Shown piece by piece: positions 47,097 through 56,353 of a stretch of DNA of 64,000 bases. Within the stretch, counting starts at the first letter, position 1. Each line of letters starts with the position of its first letter. The stretch comes from Escherichia phage vB_EcoM-101117BS1. The notes under the pieces are model-generated. The model saw only the letters and a program-made list of their open reading frames with translations. It searched no databases and was not told where the DNA came from. The stretch is from sequence record MZ234018.1; one strand, given 5' to 3'. A program made the translations under genes and the position numbers.

Positions 47097-47468
47097 ATGT
47101 TTAAAATCGGTAAGAAATATTGCATTCGTGAAGGTGAAGAACAGAAATATCTACTTTCTGCTAGTAATAGGAATAGTTCTATTAATGCTGTAATATTGAC
47201 TAGTGAATTTATCGTTGAAGATATGAAAGGTCATAATGTTACAATGATTAGTACAGCATCTGGAAATGATGGAAAAATTCTTCATAGTTGTCAGAGTAAT
47301 GTTCTAATTTATGATGAAGAATTTGACTTCTTCAAAGAAGTTTCCGAAGATTTTGATTTTGAATGTACTATTACTATGAAATCTGGTGACCCTCTTTCTT
47401 TTACAGTTAAAGATGAAAGAAGTCGCTTGAGAATTATTAGTCTTCTTCAAGCCATTAAATTTAAGTGA
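47097..47468 (+). CDS. hypothetical protein
   Basis: 123-aa ORF. Confidence 0.45.
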   Translation: MFKIGKKYCIREGEEQKYLLSASNRNSSINAVILTSEFIVEDMKGHNVTMISTASGNDGKILHSCQSNVLIYDEEFDFFKEVSEDFDFECTITMKSGDPLSFTVKDERSRLRIISLLQAIKFK

Positions 47469-47473
47469 AAATT

Positions 47474-47734
47474 ATGAAATATATTAATCGTTCTATTGCA
47501 GCATTAGTATTAGCAGTGTCTTTAGTAGGATGTACTGATGCTGATAATGCAACCAAAGTTTTGTCTTCAAGTGGTTTTACGAATATCGAAATCACTGGAT
47601 ATAACTGGTTCGGTTGCTCTGAAAATGATTTCCAACATACTGGATTTCGTGCTGTTGGACCTACCGGGCAGAAAGTAGAAGGAACAGTATGTTCTGGGCT
47701 GTTCTTTAAGGATTCAACTATTCGTTTTAAATAA
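47474..47734 (+). CDS. putative lipoprotein
   Basis: 86 aa from ATG 47474; signal segment then lipobox-like LVGC. Confidence 0.45.
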   Translation: MKYINRSIAALVLAVSLVGCTDADNATKVLSSSGFTNIEITGYNWFGCSENDFQHTGFRAVGPTGQKVEGTVCSGLFFKDSTIRFK

Positions 47735-47752
47735 AAAGGCCTTCGGGCCTTT
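47735..47752 (+). terminator. UUCG-loop hairpin
   Basis: aaaggccttcgggccttt. Confidence 0.45.
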
Positions 47753-47753
47753 A

Positions 47754-47777
47754 GCTTTATGATTACCGGAGTATAAT
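47754..47777 (+). promoter_or_regulatory. MotA-box-like middle promoter candidate upstream of gene 39
   Basis: GCTTTA 47754-47759, 12-bp spacer, TATAAT 47772-47777. Confidence 0.4.
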
Positions 47778-47804
47778 ATTCCCGAAACCAAACGAGGATA
47801 AGTG

Positions 47805-49622
47805 ATGATTAAGAATGAAATTAAAATTCTGAGCGATATTGAACATATCAAAAAGCGTAGCGGCATGTACATTGGCTCTTCAGCTAATGAAATGCATGAG
47901 CGCTTTCTGTTTGGTAAATGGGAAAGTGTTCAGTATGTACCTGGTCTTGTTAAGCTTATTGATGAAATTATCGATAACTCAGTAGATGAAGGTATTCGTA
48001 CTAAGTTTAAATTCGCAAATAAAATTAATGTTACTATTAAAAACAATCAAGTAACAGTTGAAGATAACGGTCGTGGTATTCCGCAGGCAATGGTTAAAAC
48101 ACCTACCGGTGAAGAAATTCCTGGTCCTGTTGCTGCATGGACTATTCCAAAAGCAGGTGGTAACTTTGGTGATGATAAAGAACGCGTCACTGGCGGTATG
48201 AATGGTGTTGGTTCTAGTTTGACAAACATTTTTTCTGTGATGTTTGTCGGTGAAACTGGTGATGGTCAAAATAATATTGTAGTTCGTTGTTCAAATGGCA
48301 TGGAAAATAAATCATGGGAAACTATTCCTGGAAAATGGAAAGGAACTCGTGTTACTTTCATTCCTGATTTTATGTCATTTGAAACTAATGAGCTGTCCCA
48401 AGTTTATCTTGACATTACATTAGATCGTCTCCAGACACTTGCTGTTGTTTATCCTGATATTCAATTTACCTTTAATGGTAAAAAGGTTCAGGGCAATTTT
48501 AAGAAATATGCACGCCAATATGATGAGCATGCTATTGTTCAAGAACAAGAAAATTGTTCTATTGCGGTTGGTCGTTCACCGGATGGTTTTCGTCAATTAA
48601 CATACGTCAATAACATTCATACTAAGAATGGTGGCCATCACATTGACTGTGTTATGGATGATATTTGTGAAGACCTTATTCCACAAATCAAACGTAAGTT
48701 CAAAATTGATGTGACTAAAGCACGCGTTAAAGAATGTTTGACTATCGTTATGTTTGTCCGTGATATGAAAAACATGCGATTTGATTCTCAAACTAAAGAG
48801 CGTTTGACTTCTCCATTTGGCGAAATTCGTAGTCATATTCAGCTTGATGCTAAAAAGATTTCACGCGCTATTCTAAATAATGAAGCAATTCTAATGCCGA
48901 TTATCGAAGCTGCTTTGGCTCGTAAATTGGCAGCAGAAAAAGCAGCTGAAACTAAAGCAGCTAAAAAGGCCTCTAAGGCAAAGGTTCATAAACATATTAA
49001 AGCGAATCTTTGCGGTAAAGATGCTGACACTACTCTTTTCTTGACTGAGGGTGATTCTGCTATCGGATATCTTATTGATGTTCGTGATAAAGAACTTCAC
49101 GGTGGTTATCCATTGCGTGGTAAAGTTCTTAATAGCTGGGGTATGTCATATGCCGATATGCTTAAAAACAAAGAACTATTTGATATTTGCGCAATCACTG
49201 GTCTAGTTCTTGGTGAAAAAGCTGAAAACTTGAATTATCATAATATTGCTATTATGACTGATGCTGACCATGATGGTCTAGGAAGCATTTATCCTTCTCT
49301 GCTCGGGTTTTTTAGTAATTGGCCAGAATTGTTTGAACAAGGACGAATTCGCTTTGTCAAAACTCCTGTAATCATCGCTCAGGTCGGTAAAAAACAAGAA
49401 TGGTTTTATACAGTCGCTGAATATGAGAGTGCCAAAGATGCTCTACCTAAACATAGCATCCGTTATATTAAGGGACTTGGCTCTTTGGAAAAATCTGAAT
49501 ATCGTGAGATGATTCAAAACCCAGTATATGATGTTGTTAAACTTCCTGAGAACTGGAAAGAGCTTTTTGAAATGCTCATGGGAGATAATGCTGACCTTCG
49601 CAAAGAATGGATGAGTCAGTAG
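47805..49622 (+). CDS. 39: DNA topoisomerase II large subunit (gyrase B-like), fused 39+60 form
   Basis: 605 aa from ATG 47805; ATPase and TOPRIM regions in one continuous ORF. Confidence 0.9.
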   Translation: MIKNEIKILSDIEHIKKRSGMYIGSSANEMHERFLFGKWESVQYVPGLVKLIDEIIDNSVDEGIRTKFKFANKINVTIKNNQVTVEDNGRGIPQAMVKTPTGEEIPGPVAAWTIPKAGGNFGDDKERVTGGMNGVGSSLTNIFSVMFVGETGDGQNNIVVRCSNGMENKSWETIPGKWKGTRVTFIPDFMSFETNELSQVYLDITLDRLQTLAVVYPDIQFTFNGKKVQGNFKKYARQYDEHAIVQEQENCSIAVGRSPDGFRQLTYVNNIHTKNGGHHIDCVMDDICEDLIPQIKRKFKIDVTKARVKECLTIVMFVRDMKNMRFDSQTKERLTSPFGEIRSHIQLDAKKISRAILNNEAILMPIIEAALARKLAAEKAAETKAAKKASKAKVHKHIKANLCGKDADTTLFLTEGDSAIGYLIDVRDKELHGGYPLRGKVLNSWGMSYADMLKNKELFDICAITGLVLGEKAENLNYHNIAIMTDADHDGLGSIYPSLLGFFSNWPELFEQGRIRFVKTPVIIAQVGKKQEWFYTVAEYESAKDALPKHSIRYIKGLGSLEKSEYREMIQNPVYDVVKLPENWKELFEMLMGDNADLRKEWMSQ

Positions 49623-49651
49623 TTTACTTTACCACAAGGATGTGGTATAAT
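49622..49651 (+). promoter_or_regulatory. T4-type early promoter
   Basis: GTTTAC 49622-49627, 18-bp spacer, TGGTATAAT. Confidence 0.6.
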
Positions 49652-49676
49652 TAATTGGGCAAATGAGGATATTGAA

Positions 49677-49880
49677 ATGAAATCATATAAAGTAAATTTA
49701 GAACTTTTTGATAAAGCAGTTCATCGAGAATATAGAATCATTCAACGCTTTTTCGATATGGGAGAAGCCGAAGAATTTAAAAACCGCTTTAAAGATATTA
49801 GAGATAAAATTCAATCCGACACCGCAACTAAAGATGAACTACTAGAAGTTGCTGAAGTTATTAAGCGTAATATGAATTAA
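49677..49880 (+). CDS. hypothetical protein (at the position of T4 rIIA.1)
   Basis: 67-aa ORF. Confidence 0.45.
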   Translation: MKSYKVNLELFDKAVHREYRIIQRFFDMGEAEEFKNRFKDIRDKIQSDTATKDELLEVAEVIKRNMN

Positions 49881-49890
49881 TGAGGAAATT

Positions 49891-52068
49891 ATGATTATCA
49901 CCACTGAAAAAGAAACAATTCTTGGTAATGGTTCTAAATCAAAAGCATTTAGCATCACAGCATCTCCTAAAGTATTTAAAATTCTGTCATCTGATTTGTA
50001 TACAAACAAAATTCGCGCAGTAGTCCGTGAATTGATTACCAACATGATTGATGCCCATGCTCTCAATGGAAATCCTGAAAAATTTATCATACAAGTTCCT
50101 GGACGTTTAGACCCACGATTTGTTTGTCGAGATTTTGGTCCGGGTATGAGTGATTTTGATATTCAAGGTGATGATAATTCTCCTGGGTTGTATAATTCAT
50201 ACTTCAGTTCATCTAAAGCTGAATCTAATGACTTTATTGGCGGATTTGGTTTAGGTTCTAAATCTCCATTTAGTTATACTGATACGTTTAGTATTACTTC
50301 GTATCACAAAGGTGAAATTCGTGGTTATGTAGCTTACATGGATGGCGATGGTCCACAAATTAAACCTACATTCGTAAAAGAAATGGGTCCAGATGATAAA
50401 ACTGGTATTGAAATCGTAGTTCCAGTTGAAGAAAAAGACTTTAGAAACTTTGCTTATGAAGTTTCTTATATCATGCGACCATTCAAAGATTTGGCTATCA
50501 TTAATGGTCTTGACCGCGAAATTGATTATTTTCCGGATTTTGATGATTATTATGGCGTAAATCCAGAAAGATACTGGCCTGATCGCGGTGGATTATATGC
50601 TATCTATGGCGGTATTGTTTATCCTATCGATGGTGTTATTAGAGACCGTAACTGGCTAAGCATTCGCAATGAAGTGAATTACATTAAGTTTCCAATGGGT
50701 TCACTTGATATTGCTCCATCTCGCGAGGCTCTTTCACTGGATGATCGCACTCGTAAAAATATTATTGAACGAGTTAAAGAACTCAGTGAGAAAGCATTTA
50801 ATGAAGATGTAAAACGATTTAAAGAATCTACATCTCCTCGTCATACATATCGTGAATTGATGAAGATGGGGTATTCTGCTCGAGATTATATGATTAGTAA
50901 TTCAGTCAAATTCACGACTAAAAATCTGTCATATAAGAAAATGCAGAGCATGTTTGAACCTGACAGTAAGTTATGTAATGCAGGCGTGGTGTATGAAGTA
51001 AATCTTGACCCTCGACTGAAGCGTATTAAGCAAAGTCATGAAACTTCAGCCGTTGCATCAAGTTATCGTCTGTTTGGTATTAATACGACAAAAATTAATA
51101 TTGTTATTGATAATATTAAAAATCGTGTTAATATTGTCCGTGGATTAGCACGTGCATTAGATGATAGTGAATTTAATAACACCTTAAATATTCATCACAA
51201 TGAGCGTCTTCTGTTTATTAATCCGGAAGTAGAATCACAGATTGATTTGCTTCCTGACATTATGGCGATGTTTGAAAGTGATGAAGTTAACATTCATTAT
51301 TTGTCAGAAATTGAAGCTTTAGTTAAAAGCTATATTCCAAAGGTAGTTAAAAGTAAAGCTCTTCGTCCTAAAGCTGCTACAGCATTTAAATTTGAAATTA
51401 AAGATGGGCGATGGGAAAAAGAGGAACTATTTACACTTACGTCAGAAGCAGATGAAATTACTGGTTATGTAGCGTATATGCATCGTTCTGATATTTTCTC
51501 TATGGATGGTACTACATCGCTTTGTCATCCATCTATGAATATTTTGATTCGTATGGCTAATCTTATTGGCATTAATGAATTTTATGTTATTCGTCCGCTT
51601 TTGCAGAAAAAGGTAAAAGAGCTTTGTCAGTGCCAATGTATTTTTGAAGCTTTACGTGATTTATATGTAGATGCTTTTGATGATGTAGATTATGATAAGT
51701 ATGTAGGTTATTCAAGTTCAGCTCAACGATATATTGATAAAATTATCAAGCATCCTGAACTAGATTTTATGATGAAGTACTTCAGTACAGATGAAGTTTC
51801 TGAAGAATATACACGACTTGGTAATATGGTTAGTTCATTACGCGGTGTATATTTCAACGGTGGAAAAGATACCATCGGTCATGATATCTGGACAGTAACT
51901 AATCTCTTTGATGAATTATCACGTAATGCTTCAAAAAATAGTGATAAAATGGTTGCTGAGTTTACCAAGAAATTCCGTATTGTTTCCGACTTCATCGGTT
52001 ATCGCAACTCTTTAAGTGATGATGAAGTTTCCCAAATCGCTAAAACTATGAAGGCCCTTGCGGCCTAA
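49891..52068 (+). CDS. rIIA: rIIA protein
   Basis: 725 aa; size, position and sequence match T4 rIIA. Confidence 0.9.
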   Translation: MIITTEKETILGNGSKSKAFSITASPKVFKILSSDLYTNKIRAVVRELITNMIDAHALNGNPEKFIIQVPGRLDPRFVCRDFGPGMSDFDIQGDDNSPGLYNSYFSSSKAESNDFIGGFGLGSKSPFSYTDTFSITSYHKGEIRGYVAYMDGDGPQIKPTFVKEMGPDDKTGIEIVVPVEEKDFRNFAYEVSYIMRPFKDLAIINGLDREIDYFPDFDDYYGVNPERYWPDRGGLYAIYGGIVYPIDGVIRDRNWLSIRNEVNYIKFPMGSLDIAPSREALSLDDRTRKNIIERVKELSEKAFNEDVKRFKESTSPRHTYRELMKMGYSARDYMISNSVKFTTKNLSYKKMQSMFEPDSKLCNAGVVYEVNLDPRLKRIKQSHETSAVASSYRLFGINTTKINIVIDNIKNRVNIVRGLARALDDSEFNNTLNIHHNERLLFINPEVESQIDLLPDIMAMFESDEVNIHYLSEIEALVKSYIPKVVKSKALRPKAATAFKFEIKDGRWEKEELFTLTSEADEITGYVAYMHRSDIFSMDGTTSLCHPSMNILIRMANLIGINEFYVIRPLLQKKVKELCQCQCIFEALRDLYVDAFDDVDYDKYVGYSSSAQRYIDKIIKHPELDFMMKYFSTDEVSEEYTRLGNMVSSLRGVYFNGGKDTIGHDIWTVTNLFDELSRNASKNSDKMVAEFTKKFRIVSDFIGYRNSLSDDEVSQIAKTMKALAA

Positions 52069-52079
52069 TAAGGAAAATT

Positions 52080-53018
52080 ATGTACAATATTAAATGCCTG
52101 ACCAAAAACGAACAATCTGAAATTGTTAAATTGTATTCAAGTGGTAATTACACCCAACAGGAATTGGCTGATTGGCAAGGTGTATCGGTTGACACAATCC
52201 GTCGTGTTTTGAAAAATGCTGAAGAAGCTAAACGCTCTAAAGTTACTATTAGCGGTGATATTACAGTTAAAGTTAATAGCGATGCAGTTATTGCTCCAGT
52301 TGCTAAATCTGACATTATTTGGAATGCATCTAAAAAATTCATTTCAATTACTGTTGACGGTGTAACTTATAACGCAACTCCTAATACTCATTCAAACTTC
52401 CAGGAAATTCTTAATCTGCTTGTAGCGGATAAGCTGGAAGAAGCTGCACAAAAAATTAATGTTCGCCGTGCTGTTGAAAAATATATTTCCGGCGATGTTC
52501 GAATTGAAGGTGGAAGCTTGTTCTATCAAAATATCGAATTGCGGTCTGGTTTGGTTGATCGTATTCTTGACTCGATGGAAAAAGGCGAAAACTTTGAATT
52601 TTATTTTCCGTTCTTGGAAAATCTGCTGGAAAACCCAAGCCAAAAAGCGGTATCTCGACTCTTTGATTTCTTGGTAGCAAACGATATTGAAATTACAGAA
52701 GATGGTTACTTCTATGCTTGGAAAGTAGTTCGCAGCAATTACTTTGACTGTCACTCAAACACCTTTGATAACAGTCCGGGTAAAGTAGTTAAAATGCCGC
52801 GTACTCGTGTGAATGACGATGATACACAAACTTGTTCTCGTGGTCTGCATGTGTGTTCTAAATCTTATATTCGTCACTTCGGTGGTTCAACCAGCCGAGT
52901 TGTAAAAGTTAAAGTACATCCACGCGATGTAGTATCAATTCCGATTGATTACAACGATGCTAAAATGCGTACCTGCCAATACGAAGTAGTTGAAGACGTT
53001 ACTGAACAATTTAAATAA
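52080..53018 (+). CDS. rIIB: rIIB protein
   Basis: 312 aa immediately downstream of rIIA. Confidence 0.9.
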   Translation: MYNIKCLTKNEQSEIVKLYSSGNYTQQELADWQGVSVDTIRRVLKNAEEAKRSKVTISGDITVKVNSDAVIAPVAKSDIIWNASKKFISITVDGVTYNATPNTHSNFQEILNLLVADKLEEAAQKINVRRAVEKYISGDVRIEGGSLFYQNIELRSGLVDRILDSMEKGENFEFYFPFLENLLENPSQKAVSRLFDFLVANDIEITEDGYFYAWKVVRSNYFDCHSNTFDNSPGKVVKMPRTRVNDDDTQTCSRGLHVCSKSYIRHFGGSTSRVVKVKVHPRDVVSIPIDYNDAKMRTCQYEVVEDVTEQFK

Positions 53019-53032
53019 GGGCTTCGGCCCTT
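53017..53032 (+). other. UUCG-loop hairpin after rIIB
   Basis: aagggcttcggccctt, no T-run. Confidence 0.4.
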
Positions 53033-53046
53033 AACTAAGGAAAATT

Positions 53047-53241
53047 ATGTTAGGTTATCAAGCACGAGTAAAAGAAGAATACGATCAATTAATGCTCAAA
53101 ATTAATGCACTGAGTAAATTTTTAGAAAGCACAAAGTTTCTAACGGTTAGTGCAGTTGAGCAAGAACTGCTACTTTCACAGTTCATCTCAATGAAATCTT
53201 ATGCTGAATGTTTAGAGAAAAGAATTGCACAATTCAAATAA
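53047..53241 (+). CDS. hypothetical protein
   Basis: 64-aa ORF. Confidence 0.4.
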   Translation: MLGYQARVKEEYDQLMLKINALSKFLESTKFLTVSAVEQELLLSQFISMKSYAECLEKRIAQFK

Positions 53242-53243
53242 AT

Positions 53244-53267
53244 AAGGGCTTCGGCCCTTTTGTTTTA
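53244..53267 (+). terminator. rho-independent terminator
   Basis: aagggcttcggccctttt followed by gtttt. Confidence 0.55.
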
Positions 53268-53323
53268 AGGGAAACTATGATTTTGTATGAATATCAGTGA
53301 TTCCGACGTAAAAGGAAAGTTTA

Positions 53324-53881
53324 ATGCAGAAAACGAATCCGGGTTTACAGAGACTATTTCAGATTCCGACATTTACCCTATCGAACAGTGACTTGACTAG
53401 TGAAATGAAGGTCAAAATTGCTGATACAGCAAGATACTCTTTAAAACAAAACCCGAACCAGGATAAAGCAGAAGTTATCGAAAGATGCCGTATCGCTGTG
53501 TACGCAGAGTTTTTTGTGGCAGATTGGCTAAGCGGATATGTCAATAAAGGCCAAGAAAATGTCGATGATCCGTACACGTATGCATGGGATGTTTTAGCGC
53601 ATCCAAAATATTGCGGGCTTCGTGTAGAAGTCAAAACACATCAAACTGACTCGCGTTGGATTTCGGTAACAACGGGATGCAGCGGAGAGTATCCATATGG
53701 TTCTGGAATAAATTTAGGGCCCATTCTAAATCATCAAGTCGCTGACTGTATAATTATATTCAACACTAAAGAAATTCATCCAGGTGTCATCCAGTACACT
53801 CCGAAGTTCATCGGTGACAGAGAAGACCTTCGTAGGGTTGTAAGAAAAAGCAACTACAACGGATGGTATCTTTCCATTTAA
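53324..53881 (+). CDS. denB: endonuclease IV DenB-like
   Basis: 185 aa; size and position (between rIIB and ndd) match T4 denB. Confidence 0.6.
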   Translation: MQKTNPGLQRLFQIPTFTLSNSDLTSEMKVKIADTARYSLKQNPNQDKAEVIERCRIAVYAEFFVADWLSGYVNKGQENVDDPYTYAWDVLAHPKYCGLRVEVKTHQTDSRWISVTTGCSGEYPYGSGINLGPILNHQVADCIIIFNTKEIHPGVIQYTPKFIGDREDLRRVVRKSNYNGWYLSI

Positions 53882-53898
53882 AAAAATTTCACAAAACA

Positions 53899-53928
53899 GT
53901 TTACATACCACAAGGACCGTGGTACTAT
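53899..53928 (+). promoter_or_regulatory. T4-type early promoter
   Basis: GTTTAC 53899-53904, 18-bp spacer, TGGTACTAT. Confidence 0.55.
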
Positions 53929-53965
53929 ACAACTATCAACTACTGATACGGATTTGGAGAATAAA

Positions 53966-54229
53966 ATGAAATTTAAATTTTATTACGCTAAACATAAAAT
54001 AACTGATGAGTTTGTGTCAGTTGAATATTCTAGCGATGATGAAGGCATGATTTATACTCGCTTAGGATTATCGCATTGGGAGTCTGATCAGCCTTATTTT
54101 TCAACTCCCGAAGAAATTACACGCTTAATTAATGGTCATATGAATGACCACTGGAATGTAATTCTTTCAGATAGTCTTAAAGCGGCTATTAATAGTAATG
54201 AAATGAAAATCGCTGAGATTGAGCTATGA
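53966..54229 (+). CDS. hypothetical protein
   Basis: 87 aa from ATG 53966. Confidence 0.45.
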   Translation: MKFKFYYAKHKITDEFVSVEYSSDDEGMIYTRLGLSHWESDQPYFSTPEEITRLINGHMNDHWNVILSDSLKAAINSNEMKIAEIEL

Positions 54230-54308
54230 GTTCATTATGGTGGTGTTTTATTTGGTTAATTAGTATTCCAGTAATTTGTTTAACATTTACTTTTGTAATG
54301 AGGTTATT

Positions 54309-54407
54309 ATGAAAATTTTGAATTCTGTACTTATTGCTTGCGCGTGGTGGGTTGCACAGGTTTCAGCGGTAGTAGTTGGTATTCACATTTATTACGAATA
54401 TTTTTAA
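54309..54407 (+). CDS. tiny hydrophobic protein
   Basis: 32-aa ORF with one predicted TM segment. Confidence 0.3.
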   Translation: MKILNSVLIACAWWVAQVSAVVVGIHIYYEYF

Positions 54408-54414
54408 AAAAGTT

Positions 54415-54444
54415 GTTTACAAGACTGTTCTTCCGTGGTATTAT
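54415..54444 (+). promoter_or_regulatory. T4-type early promoter
   Basis: GTTTAC 54415-54420, 18-bp spacer, TGGTATTAT. Confidence 0.55.
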
Positions 54445-54472
54445 TACTCTATCAACTACGGAGGAACAGAAA

Positions 54473-54586
54473 ATGAAAAAGATTATTAAAGCTATATGGA
54501 ATGTAGTTATAATATTAATAGTTTTGAGTATATTCCCAATCGTTTTAATGATTGATGTATTAAACGCTTACTTTGGATTTATGTGA
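54473..54586 (+). CDS. tiny hydrophobic protein
   Basis: 37-aa ORF after GGAGGAACAGAAA leader. Confidence 0.35.
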   Translation: MKKIIKAIWNVVIILIVLSIFPIVLMIDVLNAYFGFM

Positions 54587-54593
54587 GGAAAAT

Positions 54594-54791
54594 ATGAAGC
54601 GTAAACGCAGTGCTTTTACATTTATTGAATGGTTTTTCGATAATATTTTTCCGGCTTTATTCATTTTCATGCTGATTTTTGCGCTAGGTTCAGTTGTAGT
54701 TGGAATCTATTTGATGGCAGTAGTCGGAATGGATATTCATCAAAATGGTTTAAAATCCGTAGTTGAAACAATTTGGAATGGTGTAAAATGA
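54594..54791 (+). CDS. small membrane protein
   Basis: 65 aa from ATG 54594 after GAGGAAAA SD. Confidence 0.4.
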   Translation: MKRKRSAFTFIEWFFDNIFPALFIFMLIFALGSVVVGIYLMAVVGMDIHQNGLKSVVETIWNGVK

Positions 54792-54898
54792 TGAATTTAC
54801 TAAACATTTGGTTTTATATTCTTATGTTTTACATTGGTGCAAATTTTCCGTATTGGATGGGATGGTCAACAACTGCATTTGGATTTTATACTCCTTGA
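54788..54898 (+). CDS. tiny hydrophobic protein
   Basis: 36-aa ORF overlapping previous stop. Confidence 0.3.
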   Translation: MMNLLNIWFYILMFYIGANFPYWMGWSTTAFGFYTP

Positions 54899-54906
54899 GG
54901 TGAATT

Positions 54907-55122
54907 ATGAAAATCTTTAAAGATGTAAAAGTTGGTGAAATTTTCTGTTTAGATAACGGTGATCAGTTAATTCGTATTTCACCTCTTAAGAGCACCAGCG
55001 AGAAAATGACAGTTAACGCTACTTTAGCAAATAACAGTAATGAACGTTTCTGTATTGAAAATGATACTGAAACTTATACTGTAGAAGAGTTTTGGGAATT
55101 GAGCGTCGACTGCGACGATTAA
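54907..55122 (+). CDS. hypothetical protein
   Basis: 71-aa ORF. Confidence 0.45.
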   Translation: MKIFKDVKVGEIFCLDNGDQLIRISPLKSTSEKMTVNATLANNSNERFCIENDTETYTVEEFWELSVDCDD

Positions 55123-55182
55123 TTTATCGGGCCGTATGTATTCATGCGGCCTTGGAGTAGAAAATAATTAGAGGAAATTAAC

Positions 55183-55638
55183 ATGAAATATATGACTGTT
55201 ACTGATTTGAATAATGCAGGCGCAACTGTTATTGGTACAATCAAGGGCGGTGAATGGGTTTTTGGAACTCCGCATAAAGACATTTTGTCTAACCCTGGAT
55301 TTTACTTTTTAGTGAGCAAATTTGGTGGTCCATTTGATAGTCCGTGTGTATCTGCACGATTTTATGTAGGTAATCAGCGTTCTAAACAAGGGTTCAGTGC
55401 AGTTCTAAGTCATATTCGTCAGCGTCGGTCTCAGCTTGCGCGTACTATTGCAAATAACAATGTTCCATACACAGTATTTTATCTTCCTGCTTCTAAGATG
55501 AAACCTTTGACGACAGGATTTGGAAAAGGTCAGTTAGCTTTGGCGTTTACTCGTAATCATCATTCTGAGTATCAAACGCTTGAAGAAATGAACCGTATGT
55601 TGGCTGATAACTTTAAATTTGTTTTGCAGGCATACTAA
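55183..55638 (+). CDS. ndd: nucleoid disruption protein Ndd
   Basis: 151 aa; size and position match T4 ndd. Confidence 0.75.
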   Translation: MKYMTVTDLNNAGATVIGTIKGGEWVFGTPHKDILSNPGFYFLVSKFGGPFDSPCVSARFYVGNQRSKQGFSAVLSHIRQRRSQLARTIANNNVPYTVFYLPASKMKPLTTGFGKGQLALAFTRNHHSEYQTLEEMNRMLADNFKFVLQAY

Positions 55639-55811
55639 TGAAAGCTCTATTTGTAATGGGTTACCTATTAGTTTTAGCCTTATTCACATTGACTGGAATC
55701 TTTACGGCTTTAGGTCTACCTCTTAATGATAATGTGGCTGTCGTGATGTGTGTAGGTGGCGGATTTATCTGTTTTGAACGTTTATGCAAAATGTGTGGTG
55801 TGTATGAGTAA
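55638..55811 (+). CDS. small membrane protein
   Basis: 57-aa hydrophobic ORF overlapping ndd stop. Confidence 0.35.
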
Positions 55812-55884
55812 TTTCCATAACGAACATGTGATGCAGTTCTATCGTAACAATCTTAAAACCAAAGGCGTCTTCGGACGCCAGTGA
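55804..55884 (+). CDS. stp: Stp peptide (activator of host PrrC anticodon nuclease via EcoprrI)
   Basis: 26-aa [29 protein letters not shown], matching T4 Stp as recalled. Confidence 0.7.
55864..55879 (+). other. UUCG-loop hairpin inside stp coding sequence
   Basis: ggcgtcttcggacgcc. Confidence 0.45.
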
Positions 55885-55891
55885 GGAAAAT

Positions 55892-56047
55892 ATGAAATTT
55901 GTTCACGGTATAGCCTTTTTCTGTTGGTTCTTTTTATGCATCGGAACAGTAATAACCGGAGAAACTTCAGTATTTTTGCAAGCATCAGCTCAGGGCGTAT
56001 TAGCGATTTTATCATTATTCGCGTACATTGGTTCTAAAAATAGTTGA
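55892..56047 (+). CDS. ac: Ac-like small membrane protein (acridine sensitivity)
   Basis: 51-aa hydrophobic ORF between ndd and 52; size matches T4 Ac. Confidence 0.55.
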   Translation: MKFVHGIAFFCWFFLCIGTVITGETSVFLQASAQGVLAILSLFAYIGSKNS

Positions 56048-56057
56048 GGAGAATATT

Positions 56058-56216
56058 ATGAATATCGCAAAATTATTAGGAGTTATTTCATTTATTTGTT
56101 GGATAGTAGCATGTGTTTTAACTATCTGTATCGATGCTAGCAGTGTGTTTTCACAAGCTTTAGCCCAGGGTATGTGTGCATATTTAACATTTGTGTTGTT
56201 ATCTACTAATGATTAA
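56058..56216 (+). CDS. small membrane protein
   Basis: 52 aa from ATG 56058. Confidence 0.4.
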   Translation: MNIAKLLGVISFICWIVACVLTICIDASSVFSQALAQGMCAYLTFVLLSTND

Positions 56217-56349
56217 GAAAATCTTGGGCTATTCATTAGCCCTTGCTACTTTATTAGTAGCACTATATTATGGAGTAATGTTCGGATTAATTCAAGTCGT
56301 GCTTTTCATTTCTGATGTTATTATGGCACTACATTCACTAGTATGGTAA
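56209..56349 (+). CDS. small membrane protein
   Basis: 46-aa hydrophobic ORF. Confidence 0.3.
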   Translation: MIKKILGYSLALATLLVALYYGVMFGLIQVVLFISDVIMALHSLVW

Positions 56350-56353
56350 ATTT

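Noticed and set aside
52392-52754. 120-aa ORF on the - strand inside rIIB
   Set aside because: Antisense to the conserved rIIB ORF, with no SD or promoter; shadow ORF.
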